NCBI GenBank assembly: GCA_963796055.1
Contig: CAWCKH010000003.1
Location: forward strand, 32,001 to 96,000
Length of the DNA: 64,000 nt
Source of the DNA: an uncultured delta proteobacterium
GTDB taxonomy: Bacteria; Myxococcota; Myxococcia; Myxococcales; Myxococcaceae
Direction of reading: 5' to 3'
Within the stretch, counting starts at the first letter, position 1. Every line of letters starts with the position of its first letter. The position numbers were made by a program, and so were the translations under genes. The notes beneath the pieces were generated by a model. The model was not told the DNA's origin. It ran no database searches and saw only the letters and a program-made list of their open reading frames with translations. Shown here in pieces: positions 29,187 to 38,862 of the stretch.

Positions 29187-30266
29187 TCACTTCTCCTCCT
29201 TCTTCGGCGCGTTCTTCTTGTCGAGCATCTTCCGCGCCAGGAGCTGGACTCCGGAGGGGACGTTCTTGTTCCTCGCCAGGTCCTTCACCTCGGCCTCGCG
29301 GAGCTGGGCGAGGAACTTCATCGCCACCGGGAGGGGGACCTTGGGGTTCTTGGTCAACGCGACCTTCACCCGATAGTCCTTCAGCCACTCGCGGTTGTTG
29401 TAGACCACCCGCAGCACGTCGTCCTGCGCGGCGCGGTTGTTCGCCACCGCCAGCACCTCGCCGTCGGTGATCTTCGGGCTGCGGATGACCGCCACCGACA
29501 CCAGCTTGTTGCTGTCCCGCAGCAGGTAGCTCCGCGCCTCCTTGTTGCCCTTGGTGGCGAGCTTGATCTTCTCCGCGATGCTCATCTTCATGATCCGCTG
29601 CGCGAGGGTGAGCCGCTTGCCGTCCTCCATCGGCGGGGCGTTCTCGTCGGCCAGCTCCGCGAACTCCTCGATGACCTCGTCCGCCGTCGGCCCGGGGTCC
29701 GGGGGGGCGTCCGCCGCCTCCGGCCCGAAGATGCGCACCCGGGCGGCCCTCATCTGGGGGACGTCGGCGAGCACCAGGCCGGAGCGGACGCAGAAGTCGC
29801 AGACCATGTCGATGAGCGCCGGGCCGCAGCTGGGGTTGTTGCACAGCTGCCGGACGACCTCATCGTGCCGGAGCAGGCGGAGCTGGTTCTGGCTGATGAT
29901 CTCCGCCGTCCGCATGCTGCAGTATGCGGCGGCCCGGGCCACCGCCTCGTCCGGGGTGGAGGGGTTGAGGATCAGCATCTCGGCGTAGACGTCCTGTCTG
30001 CCCAGCCGGTCCAGGAACCAGCCCAGCACCGGCGGATCCACCTCCTCGTCCCGGAGCGCGGAGCTGAGGATGCGATCCGGCAGCTTGCTGGCCGAGTCCT
30101 CCGCGGTGGTCCGCACCTTCTCGTCCGCGTCGCCGGTCAGAAGAAACAGCGCGGTGATCATGTCCGGCGGCGGCAGCGGGACCAGCGCCTTGGCGGCCAT
30201 CATCCGCAGCGGCACCGGCGCCGAGGGGTCGACGTGCTTCCTGAGGTTGGCGGAGAGCTCAAGCAT
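29187..30266 (-). CDS. Hypothetical alpha-helical repeat protein
   Basis: Strong GC3 codon bias; [35 protein letters not shown] and ALTKNPKVP helical-repeat patterns; overlaps the coaX stop. Confidence 0.8.
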   Translation of the reverse strand: MLELSANLRKHVDPSAPVPLRMMAAKALVPLPPPDMITALFLLTGDADEKVRTTAEDSASKLPDRILSSALRDEEVDPPVLGWFLDRLGRQDVYAEMLILNPSTPDEAVARAAAYCSMRTAEIISQNQLRLLRHDEVVRQLCNNPSCGPALIDMVCDFCVRSGLVLADVPQMRAARVRIFGPEAADAPPDPGPTADEVIEEFAELADENAPPMEDGKRLTLAQRIMKMSIAEKIKLATKGNKEARSYLLRDSNKLVSVAVIRSPKITDGEVLAVANNRAAQDDVLRVVYNNREWLKDYRVKVALTKNPKVPLPVAMKFLAQLREAEVKDLARNKNVPSGVQLLARKMLDKKNAPKKEEK

Positions 30267-31032
30267 GGCCGCGGTTGCGCTCGTGGATGATGCGTAGACC
30301 CTCGAGGGTGAGGAACTCGTCCACCTCCTGGATGCAGCGGGACTCGGCGGCGATGAGCCCGGCCAGCCCACCGGTGGCCACCACCCGCACCGGGAACCCG
30401 AGCTCCTTGCTCATCCGCTCGCAGATACCATCCACCATGCCGACATAGCCGTAGACCAGGCCCGACTGCATCGAGTGAACGGTGTTCTTCCCCACCACCG
30501 CCGGTGGGCGGGCGAACTCCACCCGCGGCAGCTTGGCGGCGTTCTGGAACAGCGCCTCCATGGAGATGGTCACCCCGGGGCAGATGCTGCCGCCGAGGTA
30601 CTCGCCCTTCGGGGTCACCGCATCGAAGGTGGTCGCGGTGCCGAAGTCCACCACGATCAGTCCCCCCCGGTGCTTCTCGTAGGCTGCCACCGCGTTCACC
30701 ACCCGGTCGGCGCCTACCTCCCGGGGGTTGTCGTAGAGGATCGGCATCCCGGTCCTCACCCCGGGACCGACGAAGAGCGGCGCCAGCGAGAAGTAGCGCT
30801 TGCTCATCTGCTCCAGCGAGAACTGCATCGGAGGCACCACGCTGGACACCGCCACCGCCTCGATGCCGCCCGCGGGGATGCCGGCCCACTGCAGCACCTG
30901 GCGGATCCACAGCCCGTACTCGTCCGCGGTGCGGCGGGCCTCGGTGGCCAGCCGCCAGTGGTCGACCAGCCTGGTTCCGTCGAAGACCCCGAGCACGGTG
31001 TTGGTGTTTCCGACGTCGATGGTCAGGAGCAT
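30259..31032 (-). CDS. coaX: Type III pantothenate kinase
   Basis: [51 protein letters not shown]. Confidence 0.96.
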   Translation of the reverse strand: MLLTIDVGNTNTVLGVFDGTRLVDHWRLATEARRTADEYGLWIRQVLQWAGIPAGGIEAVAVSSVVPPMQFSLEQMSKRYFSLAPLFVGPGVRTGMPILYDNPREVGADRVVNAVAAYEKHRGGLIVVDFGTATTFDAVTPKGEYLGGSICPGVTISMEALFQNAAKLPRVEFARPPAVVGKNTVHSMQSGLVYGYVGMVDGICERMSKELGFPVRVVATGGLAGLIAAESRCIQEVDEFLTLEGLRIIHERNRGHA

Positions 31033-31048
31033 GCGCGGTGGCCCCTCG

Positions 31049-32065
31049 TCAGGAGGCAGGACGGACCCGGGGACGGATCTGCTCGACGTCACCGGCGAGC
31101 ACCCGCTCCAGGCCGTCCTCGGTGCGTAGCAGCAGCGCCCCGTCCACGTCGATGTCCTCGGCCACCCCCCGGAGCTCCCGCCGCTCGGTCTTCACCAGCA
31201 CCTCCAGCCCGAGCGTCGAGGAGAGCGCGCGCCAGCGCGCACGCACCGGACCGAAGCCCTTCTCCTCATGCACGTCCAGCCATTGCTCGAGGGTCTGGAG
31301 GAGCCGGGCCAGGAAGGCCGCGCGGTTGACCTTGCGCCCGAGCACCCGCATCGCGCTGGTCGCCACCTCGGCGACGTCCGGCGGGAAGTCCGACGGGCCG
31401 GCGTTCAGGTTCACCCCGATGCCCAGGACGACGAAGTGGACCCGGTCCGCCTCCGCCGAGAGCTCGGTGAGGATGCCGGCGATCTTCTTGCCTGCCACCT
31501 GGAGGTCGTTGGGCCACTTGATGCTCGCCTCGATGCCCTCGCCCCTGAGCGTCTCCGCCACCGCCACCGCCGCGAGGAGGGTCAGCTCGGGCGCGCGCTG
31601 CGGGGGAAGCTCGGGGCGGAGCACCAGCGAGGCGTAGAGGCTCTTCCCCGCCGGCGAGGCCCAGCTTCGACCCCGTCTCCCCCGCCCGGCGGTCTGGGTC
31701 TCGGCCACCACCAGCTCACCGTGCTCGGCGCCCTCGGCAGCGAGACGGAACGCCAGCTCGCTGGTGCTGGGGAGCGAGTCGAAGGCGTGCACCGTGCGCC
31801 CCAGGTCGTGCGTCTCCAGCAGCGGAAGGATCTCCAGCCCACTCAGGCGATCCGGCACGCGGACCAGCCGGTACCCGCGCGAGGGGACCGCCTCGATGGC
31901 GTAGCCGCGGTCGCGCAGCGCGTTCACCACCTTCCACACCGCGGTGCGCGACAGGCCCAATTTCCCGGAGAGCGCCTCGCCCGAGGCGAAGTCCGGTCCG
32001 GACTCGAGCAGCATCTCCAGCACCAGCTGGGCGTGCGTCGTGTCCTGACGATCGGAGGGCACCAT
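31049..32065 (-). CDS. birA: Bifunctional biotin-protein ligase / repressor
   Basis: N-terminal [49 protein letters not shown]. Confidence 0.96.
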   Translation of the reverse strand: MVPSDRQDTTHAQLVLEMLLESGPDFASGEALSGKLGLSRTAVWKVVNALRDRGYAIEAVPSRGYRLVRVPDRLSGLEILPLLETHDLGRTVHAFDSLPSTSELAFRLAAEGAEHGELVVAETQTAGRGRRGRSWASPAGKSLYASLVLRPELPPQRAPELTLLAAVAVAETLRGEGIEASIKWPNDLQVAGKKIAGILTELSAEADRVHFVVLGIGVNLNAGPSDFPPDVAEVATSAMRVLGRKVNRAAFLARLLQTLEQWLDVHEEKGFGPVRARWRALSSTLGLEVLVKTERRELRGVAEDIDVDGALLLRTEDGLERVLAGDVEQIRPRVRPAS

Positions 32066-32102
32066 CGGGCTCGGGGCGGCAGTGTGCCACGCCCCCCAGA
32101 CC

Positions 32103-32702
32103 TCAGCGAAGCGGCGCCACCTCGAAGGCGGTGAGGCGCAGCTCGGCAGTGGGCACGCTGCGCGTCCCCTCCTCCAGCGCGGTCCGGACCTGGACGATGC
32201 CCACCCCGGCGGCGAAGGTCACCCGGTTGACCAGGAGGCGGCCCGGCGTGGCCGGGTCGGCAACTGTCCGGCTCTCCACCTCCACGCAGTCCTCGAACCG
32301 CCCCACCGGGGCCTGGCACGGCGCCCGGACGGAGAGCACCCGGTAGTGCTCGGCCGAGCCCGGAGCCACCACGCTGGTCCAGGTCGCGCCCACCGTGAGC
32401 GGCTCGTGGAGGAGGTAGCGGACCTGGTCCCGGATGCCCTCCCCATCCACCCGCAGGGCCCGGCCATCCCCATCGACGTAGCTGCCGTCGCGGAAGGCAA
32501 CGACCTCCACCCGGCGGGTCGACTTCTCGCCCAGGTAGCTCGCGTCGTAGGTCCAGTGGTTGCCGACGGCGAGCGGGAAGTACCGGGCCGACTCCGGCAT
32601 CCGCCCTGCCGGTGCGCTTGCAGCCGCAGCCGGCGGCGGAGTGGACGGGTGCGCACACCCCAGGAGACCGGCGGCGAGCACTGCCCAGCGGGGCAGGGTC
32701 AC
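32103..32702 (-). CDS. Hypothetical lipoprotein
   Basis: Lipobox LLGC; YFPLAVGNHWTY motif; GTGA overlap with the upstream gene. Confidence 0.7.
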   Translation of the reverse strand: MTLPRWAVLAAGLLGCAHPSTPPPAAAASAPAGRMPESARYFPLAVGNHWTYDASYLGEKSTRRVEVVAFRDGSYVDGDGRALRVDGEGIRDQVRYLLHEPLTVGATWTSVVAPGSAEHYRVLSVRAPCQAPVGRFEDCVEVESRTVADPATPGRLLVNRVTFAAGVGIVQVRTALEEGTRSVPTAELRLTAFEVAPLR

Positions 32703-33688
32703 CAGGGACGCCCCCCGGGGGCGAGGCTGGCGTTCCGCTGGGTGCGGCTCTGGTTGCCGAGCCGCCCGTGGCGCTCCATCTCCTCCAGGGCCTGGCGTGC
32801 GGCATCGCGTACCGCGGGCTGATCGTGTCCCTGTGACATCGTGTACAGGTAGGCCTGCGCCTCGTCTCCGCCGATCGCCCCCAGCGCGTACACCAGCTCG
32901 CGGAGAAACCCCGGATCCTTGCCCCGGCTGATCTCGATGAGCTCGGGGACGGCCTCCCGGGCCTGCAGCTCGACCAGGCCGCCGATGGCGCGCCGCACAC
33001 CCAGCGGGTCGTCGCCGCGGAGCTGCTCGACCAGCGCGGGGACGGCAGCCCGGTTGCCGCGGGCGACCAGCGCCGACATCGCCGCGTCACGGACCAGCGG
33101 GTCGCGGGCATGGAGGTCCTTCACCAGACGGGCGTCGTCCCGCTTCCGCGCGTCGAGGTGCGCCCGGGCCTCCTTCACCAGCCGGTCCAGCACCTGGTCC
33201 AGAGCGCGGCGAGCGGCCTCCTGTCGACCCTCGAGCGCGTCGCCCTCCACCGGCTGCGTCCGGGTCGCCTGGAGCGCGATGCGCTCGACTCCATCGTCGG
33301 TGCTCCGCCGGATGCCGAGGGAGGCGGTCACCTCCTCCAGGCCGGGCAGGCCCGAGGCGTTCATCTGCTCCTGGACCGCATCCACCTCGAGGGTGACACG
33401 GACCGCCCCCTCGACCCCGCGGGCACCGGGGTCGAGCAGCTTGAAGCCACGGTCAGGCACGAGCCGGGCCGAGAGCTGGGCCTGGGCCTGCGAGGGGGTG
33501 AGAGCGAGGAGCTGCGCCTCGGCCAGCGAGGCAGCCACCACCTCCACCCGCTCGACCGGGTGCGGTGGTGGCTTGCACCCGGCAAGCAGTACCAGCCCGG
33601 CAGCAACGGAGGCCGTCCTCAGCACGCGGGGAAGCTTAACAAGGGGAGCGGGGCCGCGGCTCGTGCCCTCCGTTGCCCCGGGGCTCAC
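32699..33688 (-). CDS. HEAT-repeat lipoprotein
   Basis: Lipobox LAGC (alternative GTG start 33625); C-terminal HEAT-like repeats VRDAAMSAL, AVPALVEQL, AVPELIE, VRDAARQAL. Confidence 0.75.
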   Translation of the reverse strand: MSPGATEGTSRGPAPLVKLPRVLRTASVAAGLVLLAGCKPPPHPVERVEVVAASLAEAQLLALTPSQAQAQLSARLVPDRGFKLLDPGARGVEGAVRVTLEVDAVQEQMNASGLPGLEEVTASLGIRRSTDDGVERIALQATRTQPVEGDALEGRQEAARRALDQVLDRLVKEARAHLDARKRDDARLVKDLHARDPLVRDAAMSALVARGNRAAVPALVEQLRGDDPLGVRRAIGGLVELQAREAVPELIEISRGKDPGFLRELVYALGAIGGDEAQAYLYTMSQGHDQPAVRDAARQALEEMERHGRLGNQSRTQRNASLAPGGRPW

Positions 33689-35388
33689 CCCTGCTCGGGG
33701 GCCGAGGACCGACCGCCGCCCGACGACGGCTCCGACGGGGGCTCCGCGGAAGCCGTCGCCCGCTCCGGAGCGCCTGTCGTGCCTTCGGAGGCCGGCGCGC
33801 CCGCGGACGGGTCCGGCGCCCCGGGCGTTCCGGGAGCAGGCTCGCGACCACGGCCTCGGCGACCTCGGCGACGCCGGCGGCGACGCTTGCGCTCCCCCGC
33901 GCCCGCCTCCCCCGGAGTCCCCGGCGCGTCCTCGGCGCCCGCCGCCCCGCCACCCTCGGTCGGGGCCTCCTCCGGTCCCTCCTCCTCACCCTCGTCCTCG
34001 CCCCCGACGTCGTCCTCGGCGGAGCCGGCCTCCTCCGCGGCCGGAGGCTCGCTGGGCTCGGGGCGTCCGGGGCGCTCGTCCCGTTCCTCGCGCTCGCGGT
34101 GCCGCTCCTCCCGGCGCCGGCGCGACTCCTCCGCGCCCCGGGCGGCCTCCTCGAAGAACGACGGGTCCAGCTCGAACAGCTCGAGCGGTACCACCCGCAC
34201 GCCGCTGTGCGACTCGAGGAACTTCTCGGCCAGCCCCTCCCCGGCCCAGACGTGAACCTGCGCCCCCGAGAGCGCCTCGGAGCGGGCGTCGCTCCGGAGA
34301 TCTCCGGTGGCGAGGAGCAGCGCAGTGTGTGCGGACTGGTGCTGCAGATCGCGGCGGCAGTCCTGGACCACGCGGCGATCCACCGGGCCGTTGCCGCGGT
34401 GGATGCGAATCACCCAGCGCAGCTCCAGGCTCCCGTCCTTGCGTCGGGCGGTGAGCAGCTGGCCGTGGTTGCCGCGCCTGGCGACCTTGATCTCCCGGAA
34501 GTGGAGCGCGTGGAGCATCTTCGCGCACGCCTTCTCCAGCGTCCCTGGCTCGAGCGAGGCCAGGTGCGCACGGAGGGCGCGGGCCGTCGCCCGGCGGGCC
34601 TCCTTGACCGCGCTCTTGGCCGCGTGGACCAGCCCGTCGTCGACCAGCGGCTCGGCAGTCGAGGGCGGCGGCTGGCGGAAGGCGATCCCGCCATCGGTGA
34701 ACGGCAGATCGAGCGCCCTGGCGAAGGCGGCCTGGACCTCGGCGACCGGCGCGTCGTCGCGCTCGAGCATCAGCGCACCGGTGGGGTCGAGGGCGAAGTT
34801 GGGACGTCGACCGGCGTCGATGCGCCGCTGGTTCTCCTCGGCGAGGCTGGTGAGCAGCGCCTCGGGCTGCAGCTCGTCGGAGGCCAGCTGTCGCTCCCGG
34901 GCCAGCCGCAGCACCTCCGAGGGCGCCAGCGGCGCATCGGCCTCGCCGAGCAGCTCGAAGGCCACCTCGGGGATGGGCGGGTACTTGCGCTTCTTGCCCC
35001 GCTCCTCCTCCTCGTGCCGGCGCCGGCGCTCCTGCCGGCCGATGCCGCGCACGTTCTCGTTCCGCGGTTCCGGGTGGCGCTCGATGGGGCGGAGCGGGGG
35101 AAGCCCCTCCTCGGGGTGCTCGTACGGTGCGGACATCGCCTCCAGCGCGGCGGCGTCCTCGGCCATTCCCCAGGCGGTGAGGGCGAAGGTGTCGGGGGCG
35201 GTGACGGTGACCTGGCGATCGCGGGCGCGGCGGGCCATCGCCGCCAGACGGGAGAGCATCGTCTGTTCCGGCGTCTTCCCGACGTGGCTGAGGAGGCCCT
35301 GGGCGACGGACCGCTCGGTGATCTCGACCGAGGTGAGCGGCTGGCCGGCAGCCTCCAGGACCCGGAGTGCGGCCTCGTAGAATGTCAT
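33685..35388 (-). CDS. Two HARE-HTH-like domains + degenerate Mrr-like restriction endonuclease fold + acidic / Arg-rich tail
   Basis: MTFYEAALRVLEAAGQPL..EITERSVAQGLL..GKTPEQTM; second copy EVAFELLGEADAPLAPSEVL; Mrr_cat-like spacing in V..RVVQD..ALLLATG..A..EA..VWAGEGLAEKF..GV. Confidence 0.7.
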   Translation of the reverse strand: MTFYEAALRVLEAAGQPLTSVEITERSVAQGLLSHVGKTPEQTMLSRLAAMARRARDRQVTVTAPDTFALTAWGMAEDAAALEAMSAPYEHPEEGLPPLRPIERHPEPRNENVRGIGRQERRRRHEEEERGKKRKYPPIPEVAFELLGEADAPLAPSEVLRLARERQLASDELQPEALLTSLAEENQRRIDAGRRPNFALDPTGALMLERDDAPVAEVQAAFARALDLPFTDGGIAFRQPPPSTAEPLVDDGLVHAAKSAVKEARRATARALRAHLASLEPGTLEKACAKMLHALHFREIKVARRGNHGQLLTARRKDGSLELRWVIRIHRGNGPVDRRVVQDCRRDLQHQSAHTALLLATGDLRSDARSEALSGAQVHVWAGEGLAEKFLESHSGVRVVPLELFELDPSFFEEAARGAEESRRRREERHREREERDERPGRPEPSEPPAAEEAGSAEDDVGGEDEGEEEGPEEAPTEGGGAAGAEDAPGTPGEAGAGERKRRRRRRRGRRGRGREPAPGTPGAPDPSAGAPASEGTTGAPERATASAEPPSEPSSGGGRSSAPEQG

Positions 35389-35424
35389 GTGGGCGCGGGA
35401 CGGTAGCGGGACGGGTGCCCCCGG

Positions 35425-35760
35425 TCAATCTCGCGGCGCAGGTGTTGCAGAGCCGCTCGGACCTGACTTCCGGGCGAGGAATTCGGTGAGCGACGTGAGC
35501 TCCTGCTCGGCCCGGCGCAACGCCGATCCGACCCCGACGATGGCGTCCTTGATGCTTCCGGGCAGTCGCCCACCTACCCGGTCGGAGAGCTCCACGAGCT
35601 TCGTGAACGTGGTCTCGTGGCTTTCCACCGCGGCGAGCAGCATCTGGCCGAGGTCGGGCTCGTGCGAATCGGCCTCGTTTGCGCGATGAGCTTTCTCACC
35701 TCGCTGGCTCTTCCCGCGAAACGAGCAGCACAGGGAGGTGTTTGCTGGTTGGTTGGACAT
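35425..35760 (-). pseudogene. Decayed small ORF beginning with a ClpX-type C4 zinc-finger remnant
   Basis: LCCSFRGKSQR in one frame continues as EVRKLIA in another, matching CSFCGKSQxEVRKLIAG; the second Cys pair is absent. Confidence 0.55.
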
Positions 35761-35816
35761 GGCCGGACTTGCGCTTGCAGGGCGTCACCGCCCGTGCAAC
35801 ACACCGCGACTCTCGC

Positions 35817-37964
35817 ATGCTCCGCATCCGGATCGGCCGACGCTGGACCCGCGAGCGCGGCGCCACCCCGCATGATTCGGTGTCGCTGGAGCTGGACGGG
35901 GTCGCCCTGGTCGACGGGGCCGAGGACGAGCCTCTCCTCCCGCTGGTCGAGTCGCTCCTCGGCTGCACCGCCGCGCTCGGCCGGGGCGCGCCCCTGGCCG
36001 ACATCTCCCTGCCCGAATCCGGGCTGGTGCTCTGCCTGGAGAACACCGAGGACGGCTGCACCTTGCGCATCGCGTCGCTGGCCCGGCCGGCGCGCCTGGT
36101 GCGCCGCGTCCGGCTGGACTGGGCGGAGTGGTGCGATGGCGTCGTGCGGATGGGCGAGCACTTCGCCGCCGACCTCGAGGCCTCCGCCGTCCCCGCGGCC
36201 AGCCGGCGCACCGTCCGGGAACGTCTCCGGGCGCTGCGGCAGCCCTCGCGTCTCGCGCCCGGGCGCCCGCCGGGTCCGCTCGGGCTCCGTCTCGGCGCAT
36301 CCGGCAAGGCGCTGGCGCTCCAGCTGACCGACAGCGCGGGGCTCCTCGACCGCGCCCCGCGGGGACACACGGCCGCCCTCGGCGCGCTGCTCGGCTCGGG
36401 ACGCATCTGGGTCTCGGGAACGCCCGAGGGCTGGCACCTCGACGGCCCCGTTCTGCTGCACGTGCTCGAGCTCGTCCGCTGCGGCGAGGAGGTGCAGCGT
36501 GCGCTCGGCACGGGCGTCGAGGCGATCGATCTGCAGCTGCCGGACGGCCCATCGCGGGTCTCGCTCACCGGCCCCGCGTGGACACTGGGAAAGGAGACGC
36601 TCCCCTGGACCGCCGAGGAGGTGGCCCGGGCGCTCTTGTCCCTCGGCGCCTCGGCGGCGCGGGCGGTGCGCTGGGCGGTGCCGAGCCAGCGGCGGAACCC
36701 CCATCTCGAGGAGCTCGTCACCCGCTCCGAGGCGGCGCTCGCCCTCCTTCGCCCACCGACAGGGGCACGACGGGAGAAGGCGCCGGTGCGGCGACGCAAG
36801 GCGGTCCGGGCGGCACGGGCGGTGCGCCCGCTCCGGCGCGAGGGCAGCATCCGGCGGCTGCGATTCCTCCCGGTCGCGCTCGCCCCGGGCCTGGCCGGGC
36901 CCGGGCCCGCCACGCTGGTCTCGACCGAGGCGGGCGTCGTCCTGCTCTCCGACCGAGGAATGGACGTCCTCGGCTGGGACGGGAAGCTGCAGCTGCACCG
37001 GGCCACCCCGCGGGGAGGGGCCGCCGCCACCGACGGGCACGCGCTCGGCGCCACCCGGGACCGGCTCTACGGCTACGGCATCCAGGACGCGAACCCCCGC
37101 TGGTTCCAGCCGCACGACGGTGCGGCGCTGGACCCGGTGGCCATCTCCGCAGAGCAGCTGCTCCTCTTCGGGGTGGAGCGCCGCGGGGTGCGGGCGCTGG
37201 ACGCGCTCACCGGGCGGGAGCGCTGGTCCTTCTTGCCGGCACGGACCCGCCGGCTTCATCTCGGGCTCTCGGGCGTCACCGTGCTCGCCGCCTCCGAGGC
37301 AGGCGTGCTCACCGGGCTCGACCTCCACGACGGCACGGTGCGCTTCCGGGTGGCGGCGCCCCTGCCCTTCACCGGTCCAGCGGTGGCCTGGGGACCGGTG
37401 GTGCTGGCCCCGCTCGGGCGGGAGGACCGGTCCGCCCTGCTGGCGCTCGACCCCGTCCTCGGCGAGGTGCGCTGGCTCACCGAGCTCCCCCTGCGACAGG
37501 CGGCCCCACCGACCGCCGGGGGCGCCCGGGCGTGGATCGCCGGGCTCCACGAGGACCGCCCCACCCTCGCCTGCGTGGACGTGCGCGGACAGGTCATCTG
37601 GCAGCGTGCCGTTCCGGTGCTTGACCGCCCGGTGGGCGTGCTCCGCGCCGGGGTGGAGCTGGTGGTGGTGGGCACGGCTGGGGCGGCGGTCCGGGTGCGG
37701 CGCGACGGAAAGCCGGTATGGCGCGCGGGGGCGGCGGGGGTGGTGATGACGGCCGTTCCGCCGGCCCTCGAGCACGGGGTGCTGCTCACCGCCGGCCCGG
37801 TCGTCCGCGCGCTCGACGTGCGACAGGGCCGGGTCCTGGCCGAGCTCCCGGCGGGCCGCGGCGTGCGCGCCATGGCGGTCAGCCCCCGGCTGGACCTGGC
37901 GCTGCTAGACGAATCCGGCGACCTGGCCATCCACCGGCTGGCCAGCCACTTCGCCGTGTTGTAG
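35817..37964 (+). CDS. Protein with C-terminal PQQ-like beta-propeller repeats
   Basis: ALDALTGRERW, GLDLHDGTVRF, ALDPVLGEVRW, VDVRGQVIW, RRDGKPVW, ALDVRQGRVL; no signal peptide. Confidence 0.8.
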   Translation: MLRIRIGRRWTRERGATPHDSVSLELDGVALVDGAEDEPLLPLVESLLGCTAALGRGAPLADISLPESGLVLCLENTEDGCTLRIASLARPARLVRRVRLDWAEWCDGVVRMGEHFAADLEASAVPAASRRTVRERLRALRQPSRLAPGRPPGPLGLRLGASGKALALQLTDSAGLLDRAPRGHTAALGALLGSGRIWVSGTPEGWHLDGPVLLHVLELVRCGEEVQRALGTGVEAIDLQLPDGPSRVSLTGPAWTLGKETLPWTAEEVARALLSLGASAARAVRWAVPSQRRNPHLEELVTRSEAALALLRPPTGARREKAPVRRRKAVRAARAVRPLRREGSIRRLRFLPVALAPGLAGPGPATLVSTEAGVVLLSDRGMDVLGWDGKLQLHRATPRGGAAATDGHALGATRDRLYGYGIQDANPRWFQPHDGAALDPVAISAEQLLLFGVERRGVRALDALTGRERWSFLPARTRRLHLGLSGVTVLAASEAGVLTGLDLHDGTVRFRVAAPLPFTGPAVAWGPVVLAPLGREDRSALLALDPVLGEVRWLTELPLRQAAPPTAGGARAWIAGLHEDRPTLACVDVRGQVIWQRAVPVLDRPVGVLRAGVELVVVGTAGAAVRVRRDGKPVWRAGAAGVVMTAVPPALEHGVLLTAGPVVRALDVRQGRVLAELPAGRGVRAMAVSPRLDLALLDESGDLAIHRLASHFAVL

Positions 37965-37982
37965 TCGCGCGACTCTGATTGT

Positions 37983-38857
37983 GGCCGCCCGACTGTGCTG
38001 CGGCCGCCCTGATCTCCGACGACCATCGGTTCCGAGGGTCCTGAGCGTGTCCCTCGGACGCGCCGCCCGACTGTGCTGCGGCCGCCCTGATCTCCGACGA
38101 CCATCGGTTCCGAGGGTCCTGAGCGTGTCCCTCGGACGCGGCCGCCCGACTGTGCTGCGGTCGCCCTGATCTCCGACGACCATCGGTTCCGAGGGTCCTG
38201 AGCGTGTCCCTCGGACGCGGTCGCCCGACTGTGCTGCGGCCGCCCTGATCTCCGACGACTATCGGTTCCGAGGGTTCTGAGCGTGTCCCTCGGACGCGGC
38301 CGCCCGACTGTGCTGCGGTCGCCCTGATCTCCGACGACCATCGGTTCCGAGGGTCCTGAGCGTGTCCCTCGGACGCGGTCGCCCGACTGTGCTGCGGCCG
38401 CCCTGATCTCCGACGACCATCGGTTCCGAGGGTCCTGAGCGTGTCCCTCGGACGCGGCCGCCCGACTGTGCTGCGGCCGCCCTGATCTCCGACGACCATC
38501 GGTTCCGAGGGTCCTGAGCGTGTCCCTCGGACGCGGCCGCCCGACTGTGCTGCGGCCGCCCTGATCTCCGACGACCATCGGTTCCGAGGGTCCTGAGCGT
38601 GTCCCTCGGACGCGGCCGCCCGACTGTGCTGCGGCCGCCCTGATCTCCGACGACCATCGGTTCCGAGGGTCCTGAGCGTGTCCCTCGGACGCGGCCGCCC
38701 GACTGTGCTGCGGTCGCCCTGATCTCCGACGACCATCGGTTCCGAGGGTCCTGAGCGTGTCCCTCGGACGCGGTCGCCCGACTGTGCTGCGGCCGCCCTG
38801 ATCTCCGACGACTATCGGTTCCGAGGGTCCTGAGCGTGTCCCTCGGACGCGGCCGCC
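37983..38857. repeat. Tandem array of 11 x 79-bp units plus a 7-bp partial copy
   Basis: Consensus GGCCGCCCGACTGTGCTGCGGCCGCCCTGATCTCCGACGACCATCGGTTCCGAGGGTCCTGAGCGTGTCCCTCGGACGC. Unit starts at about 37983, 38062, 38140, 38219, 38298, 38377, 38456, 38535, 38614, 38693, 38772. No unique spacers. Confidence 0.97.
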
Positions 38858-38862
38858 GTGAC

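Noticed and set aside
37999..38070. Tandem hammerhead ribozyme (three stems with CTGAT after a stem)
   Set aside because: The core reads CUGAUCU rather than CUGANGA and there is no GAAA, so the catalytic core is not met on either strand.
37983..38857. CRISPR array
   Set aside because: The units are near-identical end to end with no unique spacers, and there are no cas genes in the window.
37879..38862. Repeat-encoded precursor peptide for the MNIO enzyme (minus-strand ORFs with a 79-aa period, MVVGDQGGRSTVGRP...)
   Set aside because: The unit is not a multiple of 3, there is no clear RBS and no Cys, and a stop-free strand is unsurprising in 79 GC-rich bases. Only ribosome profiling could revive it.
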